A DNA stretch of 64,000 bases, taken from contig CM035352.1 in assembly GCA_020137815.1 (NCBI GenBank), forward strand, positions 3,286,001-3,350,000. Reading direction: 5' to 3'. Every line of letters starts with the position of its first letter. Within the stretch, counting starts at the first letter, position 1. Under the pieces are notes generated by a model. It searched no databases. It was not told the origin of the DNA and worked only from the letters and a program-made list of their open reading frames with translations. The translations under genes and the position numbers were made by a program. Below are positions 1 through 12,000 of the stretch, one piece after another. The DNA comes from Hormiphora californensis (lineage: Eukaryota; Animalia; Ctenophora).

Positions 1-652
1 GCACCAACGAAGATCCCTGGGGGAGAAGGGTCAGAATAGATATAACATCCGAGAAATGTTAGCAAATGATCGCGGTGTAGTACAAGTAAAAATGCTAACT
101 CTGAAATCACGTACCCTTTGCCGGCTCCTTCTCCGACCCAAATCTCGGTGGTACGTTGACCTCCGGGCTCCCATCAGATATCTTTCTCACAAATGCGTGT
201 TTGGTGTCGTGTTTATCGGCCATGTAGCACGCCGTGCACAAGTCGTAGTCATCACAATGAGCACACGTCCAACAGAATCCCGGGAATGCTCGGTTCAGGC
301 ATTCGTTACATTTTCGTGCTCTAAATACGACACCTAAAAATTGCGGAGATAGAGGAATTGACTCACAACGATTGTATTCTGTGGTCGGTTCTGACAAACA
401 AGAGCTTTCACTGTTCTTACCAACTGTAGAATTATCAAAGACATATAAATCGTAAGAATTGTGGTATCCTGTCCTGTAGTTTGTCCTGTTCCCACCATCC
501 CACTGGATTACAACGGTTTGGTCTGGTGATGTGGGGCTGCGGTGTTTTCCAACTTCAACAACTGTCCCCACGTGACCCCGACCGCCATCTTGTTCGTTCC
601 ACTTCCAGTCAGGGCCTCTCACTACACGGAGCCCTAAGATGTGGGAGCTCAT
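1..652 (-). CDS. MIB2: E3 ubiquitin ligase mind bomb 2-like, 5' part (Mib/Herc2 domain, ZZ zinc finger, start of second Mib/Herc2); continues off the left edge
   Basis: ATG at 652. Exons 652-421, 333-115, 16-<1 with GT-AG introns of 87 and 98 nt. Translation GLRVVRGPDWKW..DGGRGHVGTVVEVG..TVVIQWDGGNRTNYRTGY (Mib/Herc2, MIB2-type), CNEC..CAHCDDYDLCTACYMADKH (ZZ), then KG|IFVGA. Confidence 0.92.
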
Positions 653-2891
653 CGCTTGACAATAGAAGAGAGATATTAGTTTTTGAAATGTTGGGGACTT
701 TTTCAAGGGACAGGCATCCAATATTTTGATTTTTTTCAAATGAATGTCTCCGGTTTCTGATATAGTTACAAATTTATCCGGATTGCGTTGAGAAATCTTT
801 CCAGTGCGGCCGGGCAACCATGGTTTATTTCCATACGCTTTTGGGAAGTCGTTCGAGGCCCGAGAGGGGAATGGAAAAAAAACCAAAAATCGTGCGAAAA
901 TTTCACTCGCGACTAAAAATTTCTGCAATTATACAAGAATGAAATGCGAATATACGGACGTACCAATATCGGCAATAATCAACGCGCATGAAGAATACTC
1001 GGCCGCGACATGGTCACCACCTTTTGAGTGACGAAGCGACTGTCGGACGTAACACTCAAATTGCACAGAGAAAAGAATTACATTCAATAAAATCTGTTGC
1101 CATTCAAACTCAAGACATTCCCCATAAATTCTTCTCAGAATGATGCAAGAGATCTCATAAGACTAGTCTTCTGCACCGTTTCTTGTTCTGTAGGACTATG
1201 CCTCCTAGTTTGCCAGGTTGCACAAAAAATAGACATAGAAACTGTTTCAATTTATTTTAGAGTCTCTCCATCATTTATTCGGTCTCAACTTGTCTGGTCG
1301 TCACAAGCCATTGATAACCTTGTCACACGCTACAGTTTCATGTGCACACCACCTCTTCACCAGGAAAAGTGAGAATAAACAATTTCTTTTGGCAGTTGCT
1401 TGCATCCATAGATGACCAGCAATTTTGAGCGGATTCATTGCTGTCAATCAATTATCTTCACAGCGCTTGAAGTTTCTAATTCTCTAAACTATTTCCGTGG
1501 TCATTGGGTTGGTCAATTACCTTGTTGGCGATGAAAGCTAAACCATTATGCATTTGGGTCTAAGTGGATATTGTGTTATTGATTTCGCACTAGATTATTT
1601 ACCACTGCGCCTGTCAACATATCTGTTCCAATGGACAGGCTCCAAGTGACAAATTTGACAAGAATAGCTGTTATACATCCAGTCCTGTGCAGCTCAGCAC
1701 TGTTAACTATGGTTTAGTTTTTTTACACTGGCTGTAATAGTTCAAAGTGACAAAATCTTGACAAGCTGCTGTTTTTAACATCCAGGTCCTGGCACACTAA
1801 CTCACTGTTAACTATGGCTTTAGTTTTACTTCAGCATGGTTGAATTGTTATGTTTTGCAACTTACATTTTTCAAATCTATTCAGACTTAGTAATTAGTAT
1901 GAGCTGTCTGGCGGAGTCTGTCTGTTCGGCACTTTAAGCGCCTCGCGAAAGCTCACACCGGGCCGAAGGCCCGGTGTGAGAGCTGACAGGCAAGGAACAT
2001 GCCAACTTGCTACACGGCCACAGATAGTGAGTAGCGGAATTAACCATTTACAAAACATAGTTAATCACAATGAAAAATAGTATTAGTAATGTACAGCAAT
2101 ATGGAAACTACGATACCATGCTTTTTGAAAATACCCTATAAGTTTCCTAACACGGTCGCTTGTAGTGGGAAAACGGTAATGGAAAACGAAGATACAGTAA
2201 GACGACGCGCAACCGTGACCAATCAGGGCGCTAGTACGTGCTGACACATGAACTTTTTGCCGCGTGTTATGCACCGTGCGCGTCTCCTTACTGTATTTTG
2301 CGTTACCGTATTTTGACTGCAAGCAGCACTGTACGGTCCGCTTATCAGCTGTAAAATTTGTCAGGCAATGCGCTGACCCCCTTTACCGTGTGCTCAGTAT
2401 GATGAGAGTGGTCAGCTGCATCGCGCTGACATTGGTGTCTATGTCACCAAGCTCTGAAAGTGTTGGAAGCTCCAAGCTTCAAGCTAAAAGGCGGCATAGG
2501 GTAGCGACTGGCTATTTGAAATGGCATCAGTTATATATATAATATATATTTGCCTATCAAGTTACTTCAAAACATCAATCATTCTCAATATCAGCATACA
2601 AAAACCTGCCAGCATACTGCATGCAGTTGCATTTCTCCAAAATCTACATAAAGCATCAATATTCAATGTCAATTACAAGAATAGCTTAACATACTTTACT
2701 TTTGTATCACATGTAACTATAAGGTAATTTAGAAAACTAACACACAGCAAATCTGAATAACAAAACCCTGGCACAGCTCAAGCACACAAAAACACAAATC
2801 TCTGATTATCTGAAGTTCGAACCCATACACGATTCATGTGTTTTGAGGTCAATTTGCAGTACCTGTCAATAGATCACAGGGATCTCTAAGG

Positions 2892-3000
2892 CAGCAACCG
2901 ACCGAACCAAGTAAACAACCAATCAGAGCTCGCTATTTAGGTCACGTGACTGGTCATCAGCCAATCAGGGACCAGTATTTCCTGATTCGGTCGGTTCCTG
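2892..3000 (+). mobile_element. 109-bp hAT-type MITE (CAG...CTG, 8-bp TSD), copy 1
   Basis: TIR CAG(G/C)AACCGACCGAA / TTCGGTCGGTTCCTG; TSD CTCTAAGG on both sides; four more copies in the window. Confidence 0.9.
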
Positions 3001-3038
3001 CTCTAAGGGCTGCAGCTTTATCACATTAGGATCTGCAG

Positions 3039-6000
3039 TTAGGATTGATGGCCCTTGGGGAACATTTCCAAGTCAATACAGTCCCTCAGCACCTCTCTCA
3101 GACTCTCCTGGGTCACACTTGGTTTGTTTAATGTGAAGCCCGTTTTGGCGAGTTTGTCTGCAGATGCACGAACGTTTAGGTTGTCTAGTTGGGCTGAGTA
3201 GATGAAGGGAGAGAGGGGCGTGTTTTGAATACCCTCCTTCGCACACATCTCACTCCACGGCTTCATGTGCTTCTCGTTAACCTAAACAAGAAGAAGAATG
3301 GTAGTAGAATTAGATAAGGAAGAATGGTAGTAGGATTAGATAAGGAAGAATGGTAGTAGGATTAGATAATAACTATCATTATCTGAATATCTGAATTATA
3401 TCCGTTGATCAGCGAACTTTTTAAAAGCATCAATAATCTCCAATTAATTTGAAAGTTTCAAACAATTCATGTATTATACCCTACCTCTTCAGCCATATCT
3501 TTCAGGCTCATCGCGGCCAGCATGCTCAGCAGGGTACTGATGTACTCATGTTTAATACTAAATATCCCTGACACGTGCCGGCATATCGTATCAATCGTCG
3601 TGTCACCCTCATCAACGAGATTGTATACTTGTCCTGAAAATGAAGTAGTAGACTCTCTTTTTTTAGGCCACACGTGCTGTCTGGCGCCGCGCCCATCTGA
3701 GCGCACTCATTTGAAAATCAAATTGGGGTATGGCGCCGCCAGATAGGCCACGCGAGGCTGTATCTCTGTCAGTGGCATGATATTACCCATATTGAAGTCT
3801 CCCAACCATAGTAATGTATGCGGCTAGTTATTAATTTGAAAGATAAACACTATGAGAATTCCCAGAAACATTTATTTAGGGTAAACCGGGGCAATTCGAA
3901 CAACTGGGGCAATTCGAACATAGTACTGCCCGTCTCTCACCTAGTTAAGCTATCATAATGACGTCATCCTATCTCCAGAAGAAAACTGCTCGTTCGAGCC
4001 TGCCCGTTACCACTAAATAGGCTCTAGATCCGGTTTAAGTTGGTCAATTTCCGATTTGAAAAAACCAGCTGAAAGCTAATAATATCAGCTTTCAGATGGT
4101 ATAAAAATTATTTAAATATTCGCATGTTTTCATTCCAAATTCTGGTAAATTAAGATTACCGGGGCAATTCGAACAACCGGGGCAATTCGAACATGGGCAA
4201 TTTGGTTAACACACCGGGGCAATTTGGTTAACTCCCGGGCCAATGATGGGCAGTTCTTTGCACCACGTGATCACGCGTGATACCGGGGCAATTCGAGCAA
4301 GAACGACCAGCGTGTAGATTGCGTGTAGATTACATTGTTCGAATTGCCCCCACCTCTAACAACACCAGGCGGGAATCTTCTTCTGGTGTTGTGAGGACGT
4401 TCACGTGACTCCCACGTGACGAAATAAAGCACTCCTATTGGTGATAACCAAATTGCCCCGGTACCATTTTTTCCGACCAAAATTTTTAAATTAGTTATTT
4501 AGTTAAGTAAATGATGGTCCCTAGAGTTGAAATTTATCTTATTTGAAAGATAAAATAATGAACTTTAATCCTATATAATTTTTTTCATTGTATCTTTTTT
4601 TAAATGGGAGTGAGAACCGATTAAGTAAAAAGTTAACCATTTTGCCCCGGTTTACCCTATATCGCAACCCAATAGTAGAGCCTTGATGCTCTACTATTTG
4701 GTTGCGATATAATTATAGGTCTCTACCGAGATCGAGAGAGAGGGATGCCAAGGTTCAGTAAAAATGCATACCTCTTGGTAGGTCAGGAAGAGCAATCAAG
4801 TGAGATATCGCCCTGCATACGTCCTCAACATGCACCGTATTTATAAACATATCTTTCGACCAAATTAATCGCATCGTCTCCTTCAGGTGGCTGCAGGTAG
4901 AAGGGTCATTATGTAAGATAAATTGGCCTACAACTATTGTGATAATATCTCATCTATTTGGGATGGTCCAGCTAGTACTATTAAGCTGGTTTTGTGAGCC
5001 AAGTCTACTGCCTAGAGATCTATGTGGTATATGGAAATCCCTCTCTCATGTAATATCTTGTACGACACGTCTTTAGAAGTGTCCAAGAAGTCCTTTTCAA
5101 TATATATGCATAGATATTAAAAAACTCAAATTATACCGAACTTCGAATGCCAGGTCATTATACTTCAATTTTATGACACAATGCGGAATGAGAGGACTAC
5201 CCCTGACACAATCACCATTGGTACTCTCTCTATATTGAATCACATCTATAGTCTTGGGGCCGGTATCACAGATAGTTGGTATTAACCCCCTCTCTCCCTG
5301 ACTCTAGTAAGAGGGGTAATATCGTTACCAACACAATGATCATGGTACCTGTAAATTGCAGCAATAACGAGCTGTGACGTCACGTATCCGCTCCTATCTC
5401 CTGGACCATAAACCACCCCGCACCTCAATACCACATAGTTTAGACCTAGAGAGAGAGAGAGGGGTTATATCATGAAGGGTTAGGGGGAGACCTCCTATCT
5501 CCCGGACCGTAAACCACCCCGCACCTCAATACCACATAGTTTAGACCTAGAGAGAGAGGGGTTATATCATGAGTTAGGTCTGGGGAGACCTAGAGAGGGG
5601 TTATATAGGGTTTAGACATGAGTTAATGGTTTTTATACCATATTCGTTTTTACCATAAATTATGTTAAATATATTCAGCTTTATGTTGAGCAATACAGTC
5701 GGCCCCCGATTTACCGGAACCCCGATTTACCAGGCAAAACCTTGTTTATAAAATAAAAAATAATTGTATGAACAATACAAGCAAAACCTTTCCCCCGAGC
5801 ATCCTGATAATTCAGGATCCGGCTGTAGTTAGTTTCTATTTGCCTGGCTAGACTGTGTTTCGGGCGCCCCGAATCCTTTACCCTTCCTTTACAAATGTAA
5901 AGGGAGGGTTAGAACATAGCAAGTTTCTATGAGAATGATCTTGAGCGAAACTCACCAGGAATTTTAGAGATTCCCTCCTCCGCTTTCAGCTTGCTGCAGT

Positions 6001-9000
6001 CAAGATCATACTTAGGATGTGTCTTAGGCGTCCTCCTGAAGTAATTTAATTAGTAGTAATTAACTAATAATTAAAGTGTAATTCTTTAAACCCTCTAACG
6101 TAGAATGCAGAAAGAAAAAGCACGTTCCATATAGGAAGTAACCAACTTAGTAATGCCAAGGGGATATAGTCGAGTCTTGGGATAGTAGGATATGAATCTC
6201 GCTGATATTTCAAACCCCTAAGTATTCCAATCTGCCTTGTTAGTGCTGTCAGGACCAATATAGAGGGGTTATTTCGTAACCAAAGTTCTCGCGTGCTTAT
6301 TTGAAGAAATGAGAATAGGGTCAGGCCAATGGCTCTGACAGTGTTAGATTGATTGATGAAGCATCTGATATTATCCTAGATGATATTGATATGATTGGAA
6401 TATATGCGAAACTGCTATTTGATTAGTTTTTTTCTCTAGTTTCTAGGTAGGGATCATTCCAGGAATCAAAACAAATCGATTTCTCTCCCACTTTCAATCA
6501 ATACCCCATCTTCATATTCATTCCCCATCTTCATATTCATTCCTTGACCCAGCCTTGCTGCTTGGGTACAGTGTCCCCTCTCTTCTTGGGAAGGGGGAAG
6601 GAGAGAGGGAGTGAAAGTTCTCTATCCCTCACTCGCCCCCATCCCTAACTAAACGTAGCGCGTGCGATAACATGAGAGAGACAGCGCAGGAGGATAGAAG
6701 AAGGGGGGATATCATACCCAACCTTGCTGCAGACTCGATACAAAAACCCTTGTTTACTGACTCAATATATGTAAGCCCGGTCCCCCAGCTATTGTCTGCG
6801 AGCATGTGTGGACCAATTTGTTTCACTAATGATCATTAGATATAGCACGCATACGCCTATAGTTTGCAATAGTTCAATATCATTTACCAAAGCTCATCAT
6901 CAGACATGTACGTTTTGTTGTCCTCCCTCTCCTTGTAAATGCAGGGCACCTTTATTTAGTCTAGTCTAGTCTAAATAAATACAGCTTTCAATCCGCAGAT
7001 TGGTCGTTCAGTAAACTCAACAAGGGATTGGGTATGCCGTCCCCTGCTGCAGGTCCCTTCTCTCGGGGGAGGGGGGTCCCTTTTCTCCCATGTTATTTCT
7101 TACAGTTTGCACTGCAATGTATACAGTACGGTCAGTAAATCAATTCCCTCCTAAACAGGAAAGAGGCTAGCGAGGGGGGGGGGGGGGTACCAGAGCCTCT
7201 GGTACCACTATAGCTTCTAGTCCAGACGTTAAATTTAATGAGTTTATATAAGACTGACCCAGGTAGCCTAAATATATTGGATTAACCAGGCCACGAAACT
7301 GCCACGTCTCCCCCTTACTCAACAAGCCGCGTTGGTAAGGAACGACAGGAGTTTTCCGTCATAAAATAGTTATCCTCCCAAACGGGTTAAAAGGTTAACA
7401 TAACCCGTAAAATATAAATACCGCAGCACAGCGAGAGAAATGATTGTGCACTGTCAGGTCAATGCAAATGCTCTGACCTCAGTTCTCGCGAAAGAAAGGA
7501 GAATATATAGGGTCAGGCCAATGCTCTGACCAGGATTGTGCAAGACCAAGCTGTTCAATTTATCTATATGTAGAAGAACTCCATAACCTTTTATAATGTT
7601 CTAGATACTCGAAATTTTAGGTTGTTAACAGCTTGAGGCACACAGCTTAAGGTATGGGTGCGTTTTTTTGTATAAAGGGGGAGGGTGGTTAGAGCAAAAC
7701 CTAGGTTAAGAAACTTGTTCCTTTCTTTTAATTACGTCAGCCTTTCATTTCTCTAAATGCGAGCTGGCGGATGCGATCGGTGCTCTAAAATTATTCGAAG
7801 CGGATGAGATTAAATACTCTTCTCCCAACCGTATCTAGCCAATATTTCATTATTATCATTATGGAGTACACCACTCATTCTTCAGATCTAACCATCGTCC
7901 CTCATTCTTGATCCCTTTCTAACACTTATAGTTTCATTCTGTAAATCTTCCCCCTCGGACATTGCCTGGCTAGACTGTGTTTCGGGCGCCCCGCCCCCGA
8001 ATTACAAATGTAAAGGGAGGGTTAGAACATAGCAACTCGGACAGATGCCAATTTGTTATACAGCTGTCATGACAGCTCTCCAGAACATATTTGGCCTGAC
8101 AGTTATATTATGCAGCCATAACAGCCATGATATACCATGGCAATATTGTTATTACTATATTATATACCCTGCTAACTTAAATAATGCGCCAGTGGCGAGA
8201 AGTCCCACTAGCGCGCTCTCAGTAAACAGCCAGTCCAGCGGCAGATTATTTCCCACTGGCAGGTTATTTATTTTTAACTCCTACGTAACATTCAAAGTGT
8301 GTGTAAATGATCAGTTCTTACTAAAATACAGAGGGAACACTATGTGCAACACTTACACACTACATTGGAGAGAAAGAAAGGACACATTCCGTCAATTACT
8401 CTCTCTTTATCTCCCCTTTTGTCTCACTATCTCTTTCTCTGTGTTATTTGTGACATGCCCCTTATCAGGCTATTTCTTTCACTCTCTTTCCTTAGCAACT
8501 GCTTAGTAACTGTTACCAAACAGTGTACACTCAATTGTGACGTGTTTTTAACTATTTCTCAGTTCTCTTTGTGTGTTTTGATTAATGTTCTCTCTCTTGT
8601 TGGTGTGTAATACTTGAAATAAACAACTAAAGCAGGGTATATAACCCATAAACTCTGACCACTGGCACGTTATAGGTTTAAACCCCTCCGCCTCTCCCTC
8701 GGCTCCGCCTCGGGATCGTCGTCGTGATTTAAACCAGTTTATCCGCCAGCGGCGGATAAACTTCAGCTAACTTCTCCCAGCGGCGCGCTGGGAGAAAGTT
8801 ATCTGAAATAACGCGCCAGTGGCCAGAGTTTATGCCTCATATATATGATGCATGACATGCAGTACATATATGTGAAATCATGACTGATGGATTGATATAT
8901 CCAATAATTATGATTGATTAATCATATACCTTCAGCGGTTATTTTATATTCGCTAGAATAGTAGAATATGATTTATTATACATGTAAAGTGAATTGCTCA

Positions 9001-12000
9001 TAATCATTGACGGTATGGTGTCAAACGACTCATGAGTCCTCTCCATGTCTAACGGTATGGTTCTTATAACTATCGATCCCTCTCTTAAGAGTGATGAATG
9101 AAGGGTTTTAAGGGTTAGCAAACCATAGCGTACAGCAATTGCTGTACGCTATGGTTTACTAACCTAAAAACCCTTCATTCATCACGGCCCCCTATCCAAT
9201 GGGATCCAATGCCATAATGAGCAATGCTCTAGCTCTATAGAAACATTTTTATACACAATATTGATCATATATTGCATGTCAACCCTCTAGTCTCTCTCTT
9301 GTAAAGGATGAACATAACAAGATATTGAAGGGACAGTAGCTAGTAATGACAGTAAAAGTGGTATCACGCGACGCCCCCCTAGTTGTATCCATATGTATCA
9401 CAATATGGTGGTGGCGAAGATCTGAATATGATTGCATATCATGATATAATAGTGCTACTAATGTCTCTGTCACAGAGAACGTAAAGTATCTTAGATGCGG
9501 AGCATGCTTTGTTGTGCTGTTCCTAATACCATTATTATAGCATACGAAGGCAGACAGGAATCAGGATATTGTTCACGTCTTTAGTAGGTGGAAACCTTAC
9601 CAAAAATGAAATCATTCCCTTTATTTAGGAACAGAAAATCGATTATCTAAGTGCTTGATAAAGTATCATCCCATTTCATGTTTGCCGCATAATACAAAAA
9701 ACAACCTTTTTACCTTTGAACGGACCCCGTTAGGGCCATAGACATGAGCTGTGGACATTTCTACAAATAGTTTCACGCCGTGGTCCGCTGCAAATTGGGC
9801 ACAATTGACTGCTACTTTTGTAACCCTCTCCTCGTAAATCTCCTTTGTAAGACCTGTTGGAAAAACTGATTCAGAAAATCTCTGTGCACAATGTAGACTA
9901 CGGTGGCAGATTCCGGCCAAGAGTTTTTTCAATCAAGTGAAATATTTTTGTTTGAATTTTTATAAAAATTTTATTTCAAAATAAAAATAAACATGTCGTT
10001 AAAATTATTCTTAAAAAAACCTTGGCCAGAATCTGCCACACACGTGGCAGATTCCGGCCAACAAATTTAAACTTACTTATATAAAGGCGAAAACCGCTGT
10101 ACCCGACTAATTTTGATACGCTGAATCACGTAAGCAACTTTTCCAACCCCTCAGAGGTCGGGAAAGTGTCCTAATTGAGCATAATAGGGTCTAATTGACC
10201 CAACTTACAACTTTTCACCTGGAAACGATAGACGCTTTTGTGAAGGCACTTTTCCGGCTAATTTTGATACCCTGAATCACGTAAGCAACTTTTCCAAACC
10301 CTCCGAGGTCGGGAAAGTGTCCTAATTGAGCAATTAAGGCCAATTAGACCCAATTATACTCAATTAGGGCAAGTTCCCGACCTCGGAGGGTTTGGAAAAG
10401 TTGCTTACGTGATTCAGGGTATCAAAATTAGCCGGAAAAGTGCCTTCACAAAAGCGTCTATCGTTTCCAGGTGAAAAGTTGTAAGTTGGGTCAATTAGAC
10501 CCTATTATGCTCAATTAGGACACTTTCCCGACCTCTGAGGGGTTGGAAAAGTTGCTTACGTGATTCAGCGTATCAAAATTAGTCGGGTACAGCGGTTTTC
10601 GCCTTTATATAAGTAAGTTTAAATTTGTTGGCCGGAATCTGCCACGTGTGTGGCAGATTCTGGCCAAGGTTTTTTTAAGAATAATTTTAACGACATGTTT
10701 ATTTTTATTTTGAAATAAAATTTTTATAAAAATTCAAACAAAAATATTTCACTTGATTGAAAAAACTCTTGGCCGGAATCTGCCACCGTAGTAGACCCTA
10801 TACATACATGGTTAACCCCTACTGTAGGAGTAGAGATTATAATTTGAGTAGAGAAAATGATGCTCAGATGCTAGGGATGAAGTATCATTCATGAGAATAT
10901 AGGAAAATAGGCTCATGCGTAAACTTTATTAGACCAAGTTATGATTACGGCTATTCGTAAATTGTCGTGGCTGACCAATACAACCAACCTCAGCGAATTG
11001 ACGAATTATCAATATTGGCTGTCAGAGCATTCACCTGACCCTATTCTCAGTGCTCGAGAACCGTAGTCAGAGCATTGGCCGGACAGCATATATTGGCTGT
11101 ATTGGTACCTAGCCAATATGACAATTCGTCTATTCCTATAATAATTGTCCACTGTACTATACACGATTTGCTATATGATTATACTATTACCGGATCAACT
11201 AACCTTGTTTTGTCTCCGATGCCAAGTTGATGCAATAATCGAACGTCCTTCCCATATCGTTTAGTTTAGCAATGTTAGCAGGAGATACCAAGTTGATGGA
11301 TTTGAATGTCACTCTCTCGTCCTCAAACAATGCCCTGTGCTTGTTGTTAAGCCAGGCCATTGCTGGCAGCGCCTGAAGGAGGAATTAAGAAATCATGGTG
11401 TTGGTTGGTTGGTTGGTGAGAGAAATGGTGAGAAATCATGGTGTGATTTGTGAACTTTGCCTTGTTCGGCCCTGTCTCACCACGCCCCGTATGCTAGATT
11501 GATCTACCGAAATAAAATGCGGTGTGAGCCACACAAGTGTGAGATTTACTGGGACATACTTTGTACTTCAGACTTCTTCATTTCTTGATTCTATATGAGT
11601 ATAATGTCAGCTTGATGATTGTCTTAGGTTTGAAGCAGAGGAAAAGTGATCAGTGACATGGTTTTCTCATCTAACCAGTCTGGATCAGTCTTTTATTAAC
11701 TCAAGGTGTCCTTTCTTTAAAAAATGTGAGAGAAGTAGAGAGATCTAGAGAGAAGCTGAGGGAGATATTCATAATCAGAAGTTCATAAAGCCTTGAGCAG
11801 CTGTGCAGATGGGAGAAGCCAGGATATTACCAGATCATGTACTTTAATGAGTATGTGGGTGCAAATATGACGATGACCTGTCACCTGAGTCACCTGTGGG
11901 GGATGAAGGAGAAGAAAATATGAAGAAAGCTGTGCTGTTCGTTGAAATCTTGAATTTTTCTGCATACTACCACGCTACTCAAATATACAGACGGACAAAC

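Noticed and set aside
653-928. N-terminal extension of the 273-aa ORF
   Set aside because: No domain similarity; MIB2 homology starts at ATG 652
8045-8610. ORFs recurring at 8.0, 22.8, 32.2 and 33.3 kb
   Set aside because: Chance frames inside non-coding family A; broken by small deletions in some copies
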